Assembly (NCBI RefSeq): GCF_000315625.1
Contig: NW_005434600.1
Coordinates: forward strand, 91,515-155,514
DNA length: 64,000 nucleotides
Direction: 5' to 3'
Source: Guillardia theta CCMP2712
Lineage: Eukaryota; Protista; Cryptophyta
The notes under the pieces were generated by a model. It saw nothing but the letters and a program-made list of their open reading frames with translations, had not been told where the DNA came from and did not search any database. The translations under genes were made by a program, and so were the position numbers. Shown here piece by piece: positions 37,940-50,360 of the stretch. The stretch's first letter is position 1. Each line of letters starts with the position of its first letter.

Positions 37940-38480
37940 TTGAAATGTTTTATGTCAATTTCAAAATAATGAAACTCATTTCAATAACATTTCATGACAG
38001 TAGTCGGACTAAGCGGGACTCGTGACCGTCGCCGGGGCCCGGGCGGGCGCCGGGCGCCGAGCCGGGCCACGGCGCGGCCAGGTGCCGCGGGCCCTGACTC
38101 AGTGACGAGCTGCCGCCGAACTTCGGAACTTCCCGGGCCTCCGACGTCTGATGACCCGGTGGGTTGTCCTCGTACTGATTTTTAACCTGAGATTTGACAG
38201 TGTTCGAACGGTGAGTAAAGTTCACCGGCCCGGGCACGACTCACGGCGAGTCGGCTAGTTCGGGGCAGCAAAGGGTTATCGAACAGCAGGCGCCGGCCGC
38301 TGGTGAAGTGCTGCAGGGTCGAGGATCGGTCCTTAGACAACTGGCAACAAATTTGAACTGATGCAACTACACCCACGGTTTTGCTCCTGGCCAGTGATCA
38401 TCCCGGACTCAAAGTTAGGCTGCGGCTCGGGCCTAGTGTAGGCTAAACTGTATCATCACTGATCGCACTGTCATGTTGCG
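37940..38480. other. Class I palindromic-word island directly 5' of the U-box gene
   Basis: TTTGAAAT/ATTTCAAA-rich edge, then CCGGGGCCCGGG, GGCGCC and AACTTCGGAACTT words. Contains the reverse complement of GTTAAAAATCAGTACGAGGACAA. Confidence 0.7.
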
Positions 38481-39039
38481 GCCGTTACTCGTCGGCTTAC
38501 TGCTTGTTAAACGCTTGAAGTTGTGATGGGAACAACTCCGACACGTACTGAATAAGAGGCCCCCATGATCGGGGCGGAATGGTGGCAGTTACGGTTCAAG
38601 ATGCTTGTTTCGTGTTGTTTTGTTTGCTTTTGGCTGTTGGTTGCCACTGCTGTTGGTTTTTCATGTTGATTTGATCAGACTAAGTCAAAACAATGCTGCA
38701 GCATTAACCTGATTCTTGCAATACTGACTTTTTGCTAGACTGAGGAGGTTTCGAGTCTTTCCAGGTAGGGACTGAATCACAATGCCAAAGGACATGTGTT
38801 TACTCAAGTGGAAGTGACAAACAGAAACGAGCTAGGCAGGAAAGAGACTGATCAATACATACATCACTTTGTTCATTGGTTATGCCGACTGCCATTTGGC
38901 ATGGTCAACTCACAAAAGACAAAGTGGATGGCATCTCCTATATCGTCCCTAGTGGCGGAGGAAGATATTTGAGATCGTGAAGCGGCTCAGAGTAAGGCGA
39001 CAATGGAAAAGGACGCTGGGTGTAGGATGGGTGGGAAAG

Positions 39040-39041
39040 AT

Positions 39042-39081
<40 letters not shown>

Positions 39082-39090
39082 GATTGAGAG

Positions 39091-39158
<68 letters not shown>

Positions 39159-39235
39159 GCAACAACGGGGAAGGAAGCGGGGCAGAGATGGGAGGAAACG
39201 ATTGAGAGGCAGGAGCAGGAGCAGGAGCGGGAGCG

Positions 39236-39270
<35 letters not shown>

Positions 39271-39283
39271 GGGAGCAGGAGCG

Positions 39284-39330
<47 letters not shown>

Positions 39331-40340
39331 AGCAGGTGATGGCAATGGTTGCAGTGGCAATCAAGGCGAGGAAGGAGTGGATGTTTTACAGGAGCTGACT
39401 CGGTGATGTCATGGGGCACAGCATGGAGCGCAAAGAGGAGAGGGAGAGAGGGGGGAGGAAGAAGGGAGAGGACGGGATAGGTTGAAGTGGAACCCTGATA
39501 CGAGGACGGGAGCAAGCGAGCCCCTTGTAAGGGGATTTCAACCCCTGCCTTCTGTTTCTTTTTTTCCTTGTACGTTTTCTTTTTTTTAAAAGTTGTCTGC
39601 GTTTTTGCCCTGGATCCACATTTCGTGTCGACGAGCAGGTCGGCAGGAAAAGGGCGAGAGGAAGAGAGAATGGCGAGACCGACAGTTAGGAGGAAGAGAT
39701 GAAGAGATGAAGAGGAGAGTGAGGAAATGAGCGGGAGAGCGGGAGAGTGGGAGACAAATTGGAAAGGAGGGAGGGAGGGAGGGAGCGAGGGAGGGAGCGA
39801 GCGAGGGAGGGAGCGAGGGAGCGAGGGAGCGAGGGGACGTGGGGGGAGGGAAATGGCGAAGGGGGTAGAGGAGGTGGGAAAGAGGGAGGCAAGGCAGGGA
39901 GGCAGGGAGGTTGGGAGGCAGTCGGAGGCAGTCGGAGGCAGTCGGAGGTAGTCGGAGGTAGTCGGAGGCAGTCGGAGGCAGTCGGAGGCAGTCGGAGGCA
40001 GTCGGAGGCAGGGCAACTGCAGGCACGAGGCAATGAAGGCATGCATGAAGGCATGCAAGCAAGGACACAGGGACAGGGCTGGCATGGCAGGAAAGAGGGA
40101 AGGATGAAAATATGAGGGTTACAAGGCCGACAGGTACGCGGTTGAAGTTAGTTAGGGAGACTGAAGGGGAAGGCACCAAGCAGTGGCCATGCAAGCTGGG
40201 AGACGTGGATGACGGAAAAAGGCATGGCATGGAGAGGGGACAGGGAGGGAGAGCAGGGAGGGAGGACAGGGAGGGAGGACAGGGAGGGAGGACAGGAAGG
40301 GAGGACAGGGAGGGAGGACAGGGAGGGAGGACAGGGACCC
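39040..40340. repeat. Simple-repeat block: (GGAGCA)n, (GTCGGAGGCA)n and a 13-bp GGACAGGGAGGGA array
   Basis: Arrays at about 39042-39335, 39912-40010 and 40236-40337. Confidence 0.9.
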
Positions 40341-41233
40341 CAGCAAGGGAGCGAAGACAGTAAGGAATGGCGTGGGAGCAGACGAGGGAGCAAAGAGTGA
40401 AGTGGAAGCAAGGAAGGGGCAGTAGTGAGGGAGTTAGAAAATCCTCTGATTGATTCCATTGACCTATGAGTCTTTTATCATCTTCGTTCCTCGCACGATG
40501 AACGCAAAAAGCAACTGAGCGAGGCACGCCAAATGAATGGAGGAGAGCGAGGAGGAAGGGTGGGGTGAGAGGTATGGAGAGAGGGGCTGGAAGAGGAAAC
40601 TTTGTTTACGCCGAAAAGGAAAGGATGAAGGAATGAAGGAAGCAAAGTGTTGTTGAATGAACGAATGCATGAACGAAACGACGTTCGATGTGAATTCATA
40701 TCAAGCATCCAATATGATCTCGTATTTACTTTATTCGAGCCTTTTGCTAGCCTGCAACCATGCGCTTACAGCTCTGAAAGGCAAACAAAAAGCGTTGTGC
40801 AAACCACCTTCGGGAATCTGAGAGAGAATACACAGCCAAAAGAATTTTACGCACAACAATGACGTAGTTATTTGAGCACATTAACTAGGAAATAAAGTTA
40901 TCTGAATCATTCGAATGCTCATTGTGATATGCTGTTACACAATTTGTATAGGGAGACTGAACAATTCCCTTGAATCAACACAGCAATCAAAGATGAACCT
41001 TGTTGCAAAGAAATATTCGTGATTGTCAACATGCACGAGTCCGTATGACCTCACATGGGAAGAGATCAAGAAATGATAAAAAAGTTTTGATTTGATTCGT
41101 TTTAACAAAGAAAATGAAAAGATCTTCACAGAAATCTTTTGAAAATCTCACCTCACTTCACCTCACAACTTCACTTCACTTCTCAAGGACACTCTTCTCA
41201 CATCTACCATTCAACTTTCCTCTTCTGATCTCT

Positions 41234-41653
41234 TCACTTGACGAGCTGGGCGTACTTCAAATTCATCTCTTTCACACCCACGACCTTAGCATAGCTCGAC
41301 AGCACCCGGTGCGCGTACTCCGGCTTCAAGATCTTGCTGATCGCTGCCTTGCTCTTCCCGTACATCCGAGCCAGCGTCTTCTGGTCCACCGGAGGCCTCG
41401 AGGAGGACGGCTCGTAGTAGAGCTTGATGATGTCCGTCTTCTCCGAGAGCGTCAGCCTCGACCTCCCAGTGCATCGCTCGCTGTGTCTCGCGCGAGCCTC
41501 GCCGTCCCACGTCCTCCCGTGCTTGGATGGTATCGCTGAGCAGGTTTCTTGCAGGCAAGGGGAAGGAGGGCTACAGAGCAGGAGAGAGCCTTGGTCGCTT
41601 TCTGACGGCGGGAGCTGGCAGAGAATCGAAGAGTAGGTCATGGAGCTTTCCAT
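41234..41653 (-). CDS. Solo CENP-B-N/psq-type HTH DNA-binding protein, copy 1
   Basis: RSRLTLSEKTDIIKLY...DQKTLARMYGKSKAAISKILK matches the pogo/CENP-B N-terminal HTH pattern. No second HTH or DDE domain. Start uncertain because of a nearby gap. Confidence 0.75.
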   Translation of the reverse strand: MESSMTYSSILCQLPPSESDQGSLLLCSPPSPCLQETCSAIPSKHGRTWDGEARARHSERCTGRSRLTLSEKTDIIKLYYEPSSSRPPVDQKTLARMYGKSKAAISKILKPEYAHRVLSSYAKVVGVKEMNLKYAQLVK

Positions 41654-42249
41654 CTCAACGAGAGGCCAAAAGTCGAGTTGGAGGAATAGACGAGCTGGAG
41701 CGAAGGAGGAAGGCGATAGCAGGCTGTAGCGACTGCGGTGGCAGNNNNNNNNNNNNNNNNNNNNNNNNNNNNNNNNNNNNNNNNNNNNNNNNNNNNNNNN
41801 NNNNNNNNNNNNNNNNNNNNNNNNNNNNNNNNNNNNNNNNNNNNNNNNNNNNNNNNNNNCAGGAGGGCAGGAGGGAGGGCAAGAGGGCAGGAGAAGGACG
41901 TGGCAGGAGGACGTGGCAGGCTGATATAAAGGGAATGGGGGCGCGAAAAGGGGGGGAGTAGTAAGGAGGAGGAGGAGGAGGGACGGGATAAGTGGACGGG
42001 ATGAGTCGTACCCTCATACGAGGACAAGTGCCCNNNNNNNNNNNNNNNNNNNNNNNNNNNNNNNNNNNNNNNNNNNNNNNNNNNNNNNNNNNNNNNNNNN
42101 NNNNNNNNNNNNNNNNNNNNNNNNNNNNNNNNNGGAGGCCAAGGGAAGGGCAGCATAAGGAGTTAAGGAGTTAATGAAATGGAGTCAGGATATAGAAAGA
42201 ACGGTGCAAGAAAGGCACAGAGCAGGAGAAGAGGAGGACGGATAGTGCA

Positions 42250-42800
42250 CCTGTAGGAAACGAGTTGACTTGTCCGATCGAGGGTCGAAGCCATACCTGA
42301 CCCAGAGGCTTCGCCAGGGCCCGTCCTTGTAGTTGAAGGCGACAAGGGGGAGGAAGCGAAGATGCTTCTCTGCCTCCTCCAGGATGGTCCCCTGCAGCGC
42401 GAGCCTCGACCATATGGGTCGCTGCTCAAACAGCCTCCTCAGCACCCCCATCGAGGCCTCGCGCCCTTCCCATCCCATAGTGACCTCCACTGCCTGAGCA
42501 TGAGGTGCTGAGGGGGGGGGGGGGAGAGGGCGGAGAGAGGGATGATGATGGGAAGCAAGGAACGGAATAGAAGCGAGGGAGGCGAGGAGGAGTGGTAGAT
42601 AGAAGGATTGTGCGAGAATCGGCAGCATCGGCAATTTTGAGTTTTTATGAGTTGGTGGGTTATGATGAAGAATCACACAGACCTGTTTGCTAGCGGATGT
42701 CTTGCGACTGATCTTGATCTCGTTCAGAGTCCTTCTATCCCACTTCCTGGAGAATATCGACGGTGTTGTATTTCTATGAATCTCTTGCAAAAATTCCGGA
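42250..42800 (-). pseudogene. GTF3C5: TFIIIC Tau95 (Sfc1/GTF3C5) fragment, possibly a truncated duplicate
   Basis: LRRLFEQRPIWSR...LPLVAFNYKDGPWRSLWVRYGFDPRSDKSTRFLQ is the Tau95 signature, with PSIFSR upstream. I found no further Tau95 exons; two gaps follow. Confidence 0.65.
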
Positions 42801-43369
42801 GCCTCACAGGTACTGTTAGATTCAATGAAAATCGAAAGTCCCACAAAACCCATGCATGTTGAGACGTTTGTCTGATTGAATCAGCCGTTCTGAAATCTAC
42901 ATTAGCATCGCACTCAGTTCACTAAGAAGGTTGATCCAATGCCCTGGGGGGGGGGCTGTAGGATGAGTTGTGGTAGACCAGAATACAGAATACATTCACG
43001 TTGCGTTGTTATCCAAGAGCAAAATGTAACCCATTGTGCATAAGTTTTGTGGTTCCTCCAGTCCTGGCTCGCTCGTTGAATCTTTGAATCATGCTACACT
43101 GCTCACCGCCTTTCTCTTCACTTAGTAGTTGCCCGACAAGATGCTTCCAGCAACAAGTGCAGCGAGACAGTCTCTGCAGAGCTGCCTCAATTGGAAACTC
43201 TGACCTACAACGCAAGAGCTGCTACCGGTGTGACTGATGAACGATAATGACTCGACGTGCTGCGCGGCTTCACAACAAGTCTGCTTCCGAATTGCCCACT
43301 TGGCAACTCGTTCGCCTTTTCAACAGCATCGACCGTTGCAACATAAGCTGAATTTACCTTCAAAGATCG

Positions 43370-44660
43370 ACTCGCGCGATTCGGTCTCGGCCTCGGCGCC
43401 GTGACCGACGGTTCCGCCGGGAGCGGCCCGGAGGCTCCGGCAGTTCGAGGGTCATGACTTAAAGGGACGGGGCCCGGCCAATGCTGGTTCGTTTTACTGT
43501 TCAATTTTTTTAAGTTTACCGCACGGGGGGCACTAAGTTCAACCATGGCTGACGGGCTGTAGTACGGTACTCGCGTACTGCCACCGCGTCAGCATCCGTG
43601 ACTGATAGTAGTTCGAGTCGCCTGACCTCCTCTGAGATCATATCTCAATAGACTACCCCCTAGAAGTCCCTCGTCAGCTGAGGCTGGAGGGAGGGTGCAG
43701 TAGGCGGTGTGGAGTGGGGCGTACTTGGGCTCCACCAAAAGCGGATCCCCTTTTCGGGTAATCTATTTTGACCACCCACCCCCCGGGCCCCTCATTGGGG
43801 TGACCGGCGAACCGTTAGAGTCTATTTGACACCTGACGACCCTGACCCCACCCGGTGACCCGTGGCGTGACCAACTTCACTCAAGTCCATTATGTGTCCC
43901 CCCGTGTCCGAATGCTCGTGCCCTTCACCCGTGATCAGTCATTCCAGATGACTCGTGCCACCCCCCTTCCTAGTACCCTGGCCCAGTGGGGACTTGCGGC
44001 ACCTCAGCAGTGACGTCAGGACCCCTACCAAATAGTTTACCCCCTAGGAGCAACCTCTTATCGGGGCACCCTACTAGGCTAGTGGCCGTGATCCGTTCCC
44101 ACGCGGCCTGACAGGCCACTTTTCGAGTACCGTCCTCTTAAGGAGTCCAACAGACTCAATGCGTTAGAGACACACTACCCGGCCCGGGGGTGGGGTACTC
44201 GAGGTCGAGGGCAGGGTACTTAAGAAGGGGGATATGGAGATCTAGGGGTACAAGAGGCAAATGGATGGGGTGAATGTTTGCTGACACGGATCCACTGGGT
44301 AGGGTACGCAAGAATCAGACTCGGCGGGGGGGGGGGGGGTGATCTGAAAACTTTCTGGTCAATCTGAGTAAAAATAGTAAAAGAGAAAATGACGGTCGGG
44401 GACTAGAGACGGTGGGTGGGCAGAAGGCTCTGCATGGTGGGGTATAGTTGTTTGTCTGATGATTCTTTGGAGAGGGTGGGGGTGGGGTAAGATGTCTAGT
44501 GGAGGAGGGTAGGGTGACTCGGACTAGAATTTCCTCCAATGGGGGCGACGTCAGACAAGTTTAGTAAACCAATGGTTCAGGGGTAGGGGTGGAATCTGAC
44601 CAGGTAGGGTGATATAGGGCGTAAGGGATTCTGTGGGGTGGGGTTAGGACCCCCAGTACC
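43370..44660. other. Adjacent class I (about 43370-43620) and class II (about 43650-44660) islands in a divergent intergenic region
   Basis: CCGG/GTAC/AAGTT vocabulary switches abruptly to ACCCC/GGGGT/GGGTA vocabulary. Confidence 0.6.
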
Positions 44661-45352
44661 TCTGCTCCCGCTGGTCCCGCTGGTCCAGATCCTTGTTGTG
44701 ACGCAGGTGGAGGAAGGCGAGGAGGAGCACTTGACAGCAGACTCGGGGGAGAAGAGCGGAGAGCAGGCTAGAAGGCATATGCAACTTGTGGGAAGAGGAG
44801 AAAGAGAGCTCAATAGAAACGTGCTGTGCGAGGTAGAGAACGTTACGACGAGCATTGATTGACGAGTTGTTGTGCTCGATTGTGTATGTCTGTCCCACCC
44901 GTTCCCCTTTGAATATCATCGTCGATACGTCATCGTCTATCCTACTTGTCTTGTGCTTCGAAATGGCTTCCTCCCTCTTTGCCTAGGTATGAAAGTGATG
45001 GAGTACGGCAAGTCGCGAATAGTACGTTGAAAGTCAATTGGTGTGTGTGTCAGTGTTGTATCCTACATCTACAGCACCAGGTGCGGCTTCAGCGGAGCAA
45101 CACTACTATAGCCAGACGAGCTCTGATCCTTTGCTGTATTTGCACTTCGTAATCCCCATTGAGGTCTTTGAAGTTTCCTACCCCTCCCCTACCCCAACTG
45201 CCCTGTCGGGAGTCAACTCCCGACCTTGGGATCCCATGGCTCAGACTAGACAGCAAGCAGCGAGGTTTGAGTGTGTGCATAGAGGAAAATTTACCTGCCA
45301 CTATCGCATCGACTTGTATGTTTGTGCACCTTTTTTGACATGCTTCTTGTAG

Positions 45353-46021
45353 ATGTGTACGACACCAGCGTCATCCTCGTCATCAATGCCTTGTAGCGCA
45401 AACCTCTCCCAGCAGGAGGAGGCGGACGAGTTGGCGCCAGCCAGGTCCTACTCGTCCATCTTGTTCGAGTCTCCTGTGGATCATCTTCACAACCCCGGGC
45501 ACAAGGGAGATCAGGAGGAAGACTTCGACTCGCCGGACTACGACTCCGACCTTGACATGGAGATGGAAACGAGCTCTACCTCCTCCTCGCTCTACACCTC
45601 GATAGACCATGATCAGCCTCAAGCTGCCTCGTCGTCTCTTGAACAGGCTGCTGGTTCGCTTTCCAAGCACGGGAGGACGTGGGACGGCGAGGCTCGCGCG
45701 AGGCACAGCGAGCGATGCACAGGGAGATCGAGGCTGACGCTCTCGGAGAAGACGGACATCATCAAGCTCTACTACGAGCCGTCCTCCTCGAGGCCTCCGG
45801 TGGACCAGAAGACGCTGGCTCGGATGTACGGGAAGAGCAAGGCAGCGATCAGCAAGATCTTGAAGCCGGAGTACGCGCACCGGGTGCTGTCGAGCTATGC
45901 CAAGGTCGTGGGGGCAGAGGAGATGACCAAAATGCATCTTGACAGAACGAAAGAACAACCAGGCGACGGTGACAGTCATCAACCAGCTGGTTCTGTGAAT
46001 GAGACACTTGATGGAATGTAG
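45353..46021 (+). CDS. Solo CENP-B-N/psq-type HTH protein, copy 2 (may have upstream exons)
   Basis: 84-aa domain (45662-45913) identical in protein to copy 1; acidic Ser-rich N-terminus; the ORF begins at a TAG|ATG acceptor-like site. Confidence 0.78.
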   Translation: MCTTPASSSSSMPCSANLSQQEEADELAPARSYSSILFESPVDHLHNPGHKGDQEEDFDSPDYDSDLDMEMETSSTSSSLYTSIDHDQPQAASSSLEQAAGSLSKHGRTWDGEARARHSERCTGRSRLTLSEKTDIIKLYYEPSSSRPPVDQKTLARMYGKSKAAISKILKPEYAHRVLSSYAKVVGAEEMTKMHLDRTKEQPGDGDSHQPAGSVNETLDGM

Positions 46022-46708
46022 GGACTTTCATCATGGTCTCAATATTTTGTTTTGCTGGTTTTCCTTCCCACCCTTGTTTTCCTCTGTCTTTCCTTCTTCT
46101 CTCCTTCTTCTGTTGCTTCTTTTCAATGTGAATGACAACAAACCATCGTAATAGCAATATGCTAGAACTTTCAAGGTACATTTGTAAGCTGAAACCCTTG
46201 TATCGGGATCATAAATCCAACAGAAAGCTATCAGCTATCAGAAGGCAGTGAATGCTTCATTCGATATCATCGCATGAGTGCTGCCTCATTCTTTGATCTG
46301 AAAAAATTGTTGTCACCTTCTTTCATGGAAGCTGTAATTGTGATGAAGAGACGCATAAGCAGGATCTGATAATGAATGCTTTCTCATACAGCTATCACGC
46401 AATGTGCGATCATCATCGATGACAAGAGACCTGAAGGAAAATTACTTTCAGAATCAGACCTGAACCGCCGGTGCGTAGAACTAAGCTCATTCAAAGGTCG
46501 GAGAAAGAATGAAACAGTCTGAAACTTGTGACTTTAGACAAAACTTTGAGTGCCTTGGGAAAGTGAATGTATGCATTTTTTTAAAAAGCTCTCTGTGACA
46601 AAAATGAACGGTGGACGTAACCTTTACTCAAAGTAGAAGAAGGGCAAACCGTAACCTGTTGTATTGTGGACTCATACCGGACGCCCCTTTAGGGAAATAG
46701 GAGGACGA

Positions 46709-47151
46709 TGTCAGAAAGCAGCAGTGACGTTGCTGATCTGATGTGTGTGTGTGCTTGATAAACAGTGATCCTAAGATCATCTGAGCTCAAGGTCTTACGC
46801 AAGGTTGTGTATACAACATATGGTAGCGAATTGGTTCACATTCCAGCTTTGATTCAGAATCTCAAACGATTCTAAAAATGATTTCAGCAAAGAAAGCAAG
46901 CAAACTGTTGAAAGTGAAAAGATCGCGTATGGCTCAGACCAGCGAACGAAGGATTCCGAGATCTACGGAACAAGTTTCTGATCCAACTTCACTCCACCCA
47001 AGGACGCCCCTTGGGCGTAGCGTAGGGAATTAGGAGGACGATGCCAGAAAGCTGCAGTGACGCTGCTGATCTGATGTGTGTGTGTGCTTGATAAACAGTG
47101 ATCCTAAGACCATCTGAGCTCAAGGTCTTACGCAAGGTTGTGTATACAACA
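46709..47151 (+). mobile_element. TRIM-like miniature LTR element
   Basis: Two 110-bp direct repeats (46709-46818, 47042-47151; 4 mismatches) start TG and end CAACA. TGGTAGCG lies 2 nt after the first (PBS-like) and a purine tract AGGGAATTAGGAGGACGA precedes the second. No internal coding capacity. Confidence 0.7.
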
Positions 47152-48233
47152 TAACCAGTCTCTAATTATCCATTTTGCTTCATGAGACAGATGCGTGGGG
47201 GTACCTCTCAAATCAATGTCAACTCATATCGCGCATGCCCTGCTACAGATCTGAGTGTGCTGCTAATGCGGAGTGGATTCTTGCCCCCTGGCAGGTAATA
47301 AAATTCCACGTCACCGCTACCGCTGGGTGCGCTCTTTTTGTCTGTTTTTGTTACTGCCATGTCAACTTTCCACCAGCTTCGCATTCTTACAAGCGTACAG
47401 CCTCGTGAAGTGAAGCGAACATCACATGATCCTAATCACACATGTGGAGCTGGTAGAAAGTTGGCAAAGTAGAAAATTTGAAAGGATGATTGAGAAATAC
47501 TGTCGGATTCCGGCAGGATGGAAAGAAAGGGTCTAAGGGAGCTGGAGAGATACGAGAGACACTGGTGGTGGATACTGGAGGATCTGGCAGACTGAAAAAA
47601 GGGCATTTTGGACTCTTTAAAAGAGAAAAGCGCAGCGAAAGCACCTCAAGAAAAAACAAAAAGTATAGATTGTTCCCTCAGCAGCTACAGAGTGTTCCCT
47701 GAGCAGCACATGCTAGCCATTGTGAAGACGACAAAACAAAGAGAAAGAAAGGAAAAGTAGATCCAACAAACCATATGAGAAACTCCGCAGAACAGAATAG
47801 GAAAGGCAAAACAGGCAGGTAAAGACACACTACGAAACAAAACAATCAAATAAATCATTTCGGGGAAAGGGATAGAATGGGAGGAGAGTTCAGACTGGAA
47901 GCTCTGATCAATATTGACCAAGGTGTGAAACGACACAGAAAAAAAAAAGAAGAAACAGAGGTTCAATGTTATGCAAACTGGCCTTCAAGTTTGAGTAGAA
48001 ACATCTTAAGGAGTTGCATCTACTACTGGTCTCGTCTTCAAGCAAGGATGTCAACAACTTTCCCCAACATCCTTGTGAAACTTCTGTCTGTACCATAAAA
48101 CTACGTTTTTGCTTGACATCCTTTGCGAATGTTTGTCATCTACATCCTAGCAATCGTGCTTCAGCAAGATTAATGTACCACAATCGTCTCCCGATGATCG
48201 TACAGCCCGCCCCCAAGTCGAGTGAAGTTCCTT

Positions 48234-49259
48234 CTACCCTCCCTTCCCTGCGAGGATGGCTTGCCTGATGATGAAAGAAAGATCGCTTATCTCCTGTGTG
48301 CTCAAGATTCTCACACACTTTGACAGAATCCAGATAGCGTAGTTTGGCTTCAGGATCTTGCTGATTGCTGCCGGGCTCTTGTTGTACATCCTGGCCAGAG
48401 TCTTCTGATCGAGATGAAATGATGAGGTCCGAGTGGAGGTGTAGTAGAGCTTGATGATCTCTGCCTTTTCTATGAGTGTCAGTCTTGTTCTTCCTGTACA
48501 TACTTCGCTGTGCCGTGCGCGAGCTGCCCCGTCCCAATTCCTCTTCTTCCTCTCCTTCGAGCTTGACCCGTAATGGTCCAGGTTCTGTGGCTCTGACGTC
48601 GGGTCGCCCACAATACATTCTCCGTCCACGGCATCGTTGAGATCCTCTTGGAGTAATTCTTTTGAAATTATGGAGGAGGAGGAGGGGGATGCATGCGAGA
48701 ACATGGGAAGATAGTCGGAGATAGGGGGGAGAGAGCTTGAGGTTGGTTCTATGGCGCCCGCAAGGATGGGAACAGATGAGTCAGGATAGGATGGAACGAT
48801 CAGTGATGGGAGGCACTTGAGTTCATCTCCATGGAGAGTGAGAGAAGTGATGGAGGATGATGGTAAAAGGCTTGAGCACTGAGAGACAGAGAGTGCATCA
48901 TCATGGAGAAAAGAGAGCACGTGGTCAATGCTAAAAGAGAAGAGAGAAGTCGAGGTTGAATTGTCCTTTGCCGAGTGCTTGTTGATGGTAATGGGATGAA
49001 AGTGCTTGATTTTGGTCTGCTTGCCATGCTTGAATGAAGGAGCCTTAGTGCGCACTGGAGTAACAAGTTTTGATGCAGAAGAAGCATGAGAAGGGGAGTA
49101 GTTGTTGAATGCGGATGAAGCCTCATCGTGGATAGAAGGCAAGCTGCGGAGTGAGGAAGTTAGCCTGTTGAAGGATATAGATGCTTTCTTTGATGAACAA
49201 GTCGCGGAATAGGCATCAGGCTCCATGTTGTTGGCGGGTGGCGACACCGAACCCAGCAT
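48234..49259 (-). CDS. Solo CENP-B-N/psq-type HTH protein, copy 3 (diverged, long Ser-rich N-terminus)
   Basis: KKRNWDGAARARHSEVCTGRTRLTLIEKAEIIKLYY...DQKTLARMYNKSPAAISKILKPNYA. Confidence 0.78.
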   Translation of the reverse strand: MLGSVSPPANNMEPDAYSATCSSKKASISFNRLTSSLRSLPSIHDEASSAFNNYSPSHASSASKLVTPVRTKAPSFKHGKQTKIKHFHPITINKHSAKDNSTSTSLFSFSIDHVLSFLHDDALSVSQCSSLLPSSSITSLTLHGDELKCLPSLIVPSYPDSSVPILAGAIEPTSSSLPPISDYLPMFSHASPSSSSIISKELLQEDLNDAVDGECIVGDPTSEPQNLDHYGSSSKERKKRNWDGAARARHSEVCTGRTRLTLIEKAEIIKLYYTSTRTSSFHLDQKTLARMYNKSPAAISKILKPNYAIWILSKCVRILSTQEISDLSFIIRQAILAGKGG

Positions 49260-49599
49260 TCCCAGCAACTCTCCGCGATGGCTTGTACAGAGTTGTAAAA
49301 ATGTTTGTATAATTCTGTATAATACCAGGAGATTATTATAATTCCTGATTACAGCTCGTTATAATTATCGAAGATTCTATATAACACGCATCGTTACAAA
49401 ACATTCTGAAAAAGTCCTTTTAAAAATTTGCTGTCGTTTGAGCCCCTTTTAAAAGTGGAAGTTGACATGTTGGACAATACTGCAACAATTAACAAACAAT
49501 TATATATGTTCTTTATTAATAGTTATAAGCATACTAAATTACTTTTAGTGATTTGAAATTTTGAGGGACGTGATGATTAAGATGAAACTTTAAGAAATT

Positions 49600-50360
49600 T
49601 TCCGTTCGCTTTCAAATTTTGAAATGTATCAAAAATCGAATTTCTTCAAACTTCAGATTTGATATATATCTCATTGTAAGTAAAAACTCATAAAACAATC
49701 AGTTTTTCAACTAGTACGACGGCGACGGCTGAGTCACTCCGGCTGTTGGCCCGGCCCCGGCGCTACGATCGCCGCTATTGATGATTGAGCCGGCCCGGGA
49801 CCGTCCGGACTCCGGCGGCCCGGCGGCCCGGGGCTGCTCACCCTGGCACCGCCGGGCCGCCGACTCGAGCTGTCAGCCGCGGCAGCAGCAGCAGCAGCAA
49901 ATCGGAATGCACCCGGTGACGGGGGCCGGCGACGGCCGCCCGGGCCCGCGGGGGCCCGGCCGCCCGGCCGCGCCGGCCGGGGCGCGGCGGCCGGGCGGCG
50001 CCGGGCCTGGGCCGCGCTTGATCGGAGCGGCTTTTCACCGTGAAGTCAAGCCAAGCCAGGCTTCAGCCAGCCTTGTTGTGTCTGTTGTGTACTACGGGAG
50101 TACGGTATGAACTCGAAAGGCAGCTTGAAACCGTGCCGCATGCCAGAGCCTGGAGGCTGGCATTCGAATTGCCAAGTTGAACTTGGCTCAGCGGCTTTGG
50201 GCACCGAGTGTCTCCGACACTGTGACTGGCACGGTTCCGACACGGTACTCTTATCAGAGCTCTGCAAAGGTGAACTTATTCAACTTCCGCCTCCACAGGA
50301 ATGGACACCAGTTAATGACTGTGAACAGGGGTGGGCAGCCGCTCAGCGAAACTTCGGAAG
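49600..50360. other. Class I island between divergent genes
   Basis: TTCAAATTTTGAAAT edge, an extreme CCGG/GGCC core at 49740-50020, and the inverted repeat GCCAAGTT-G-AACTTGGC at 50171-50187. Confidence 0.7.

Noticed and set aside
38938-40527. ORFs of 300-378 aa on the minus strand
   Set aside because: Made of simple-repeat translations with no domain signal.
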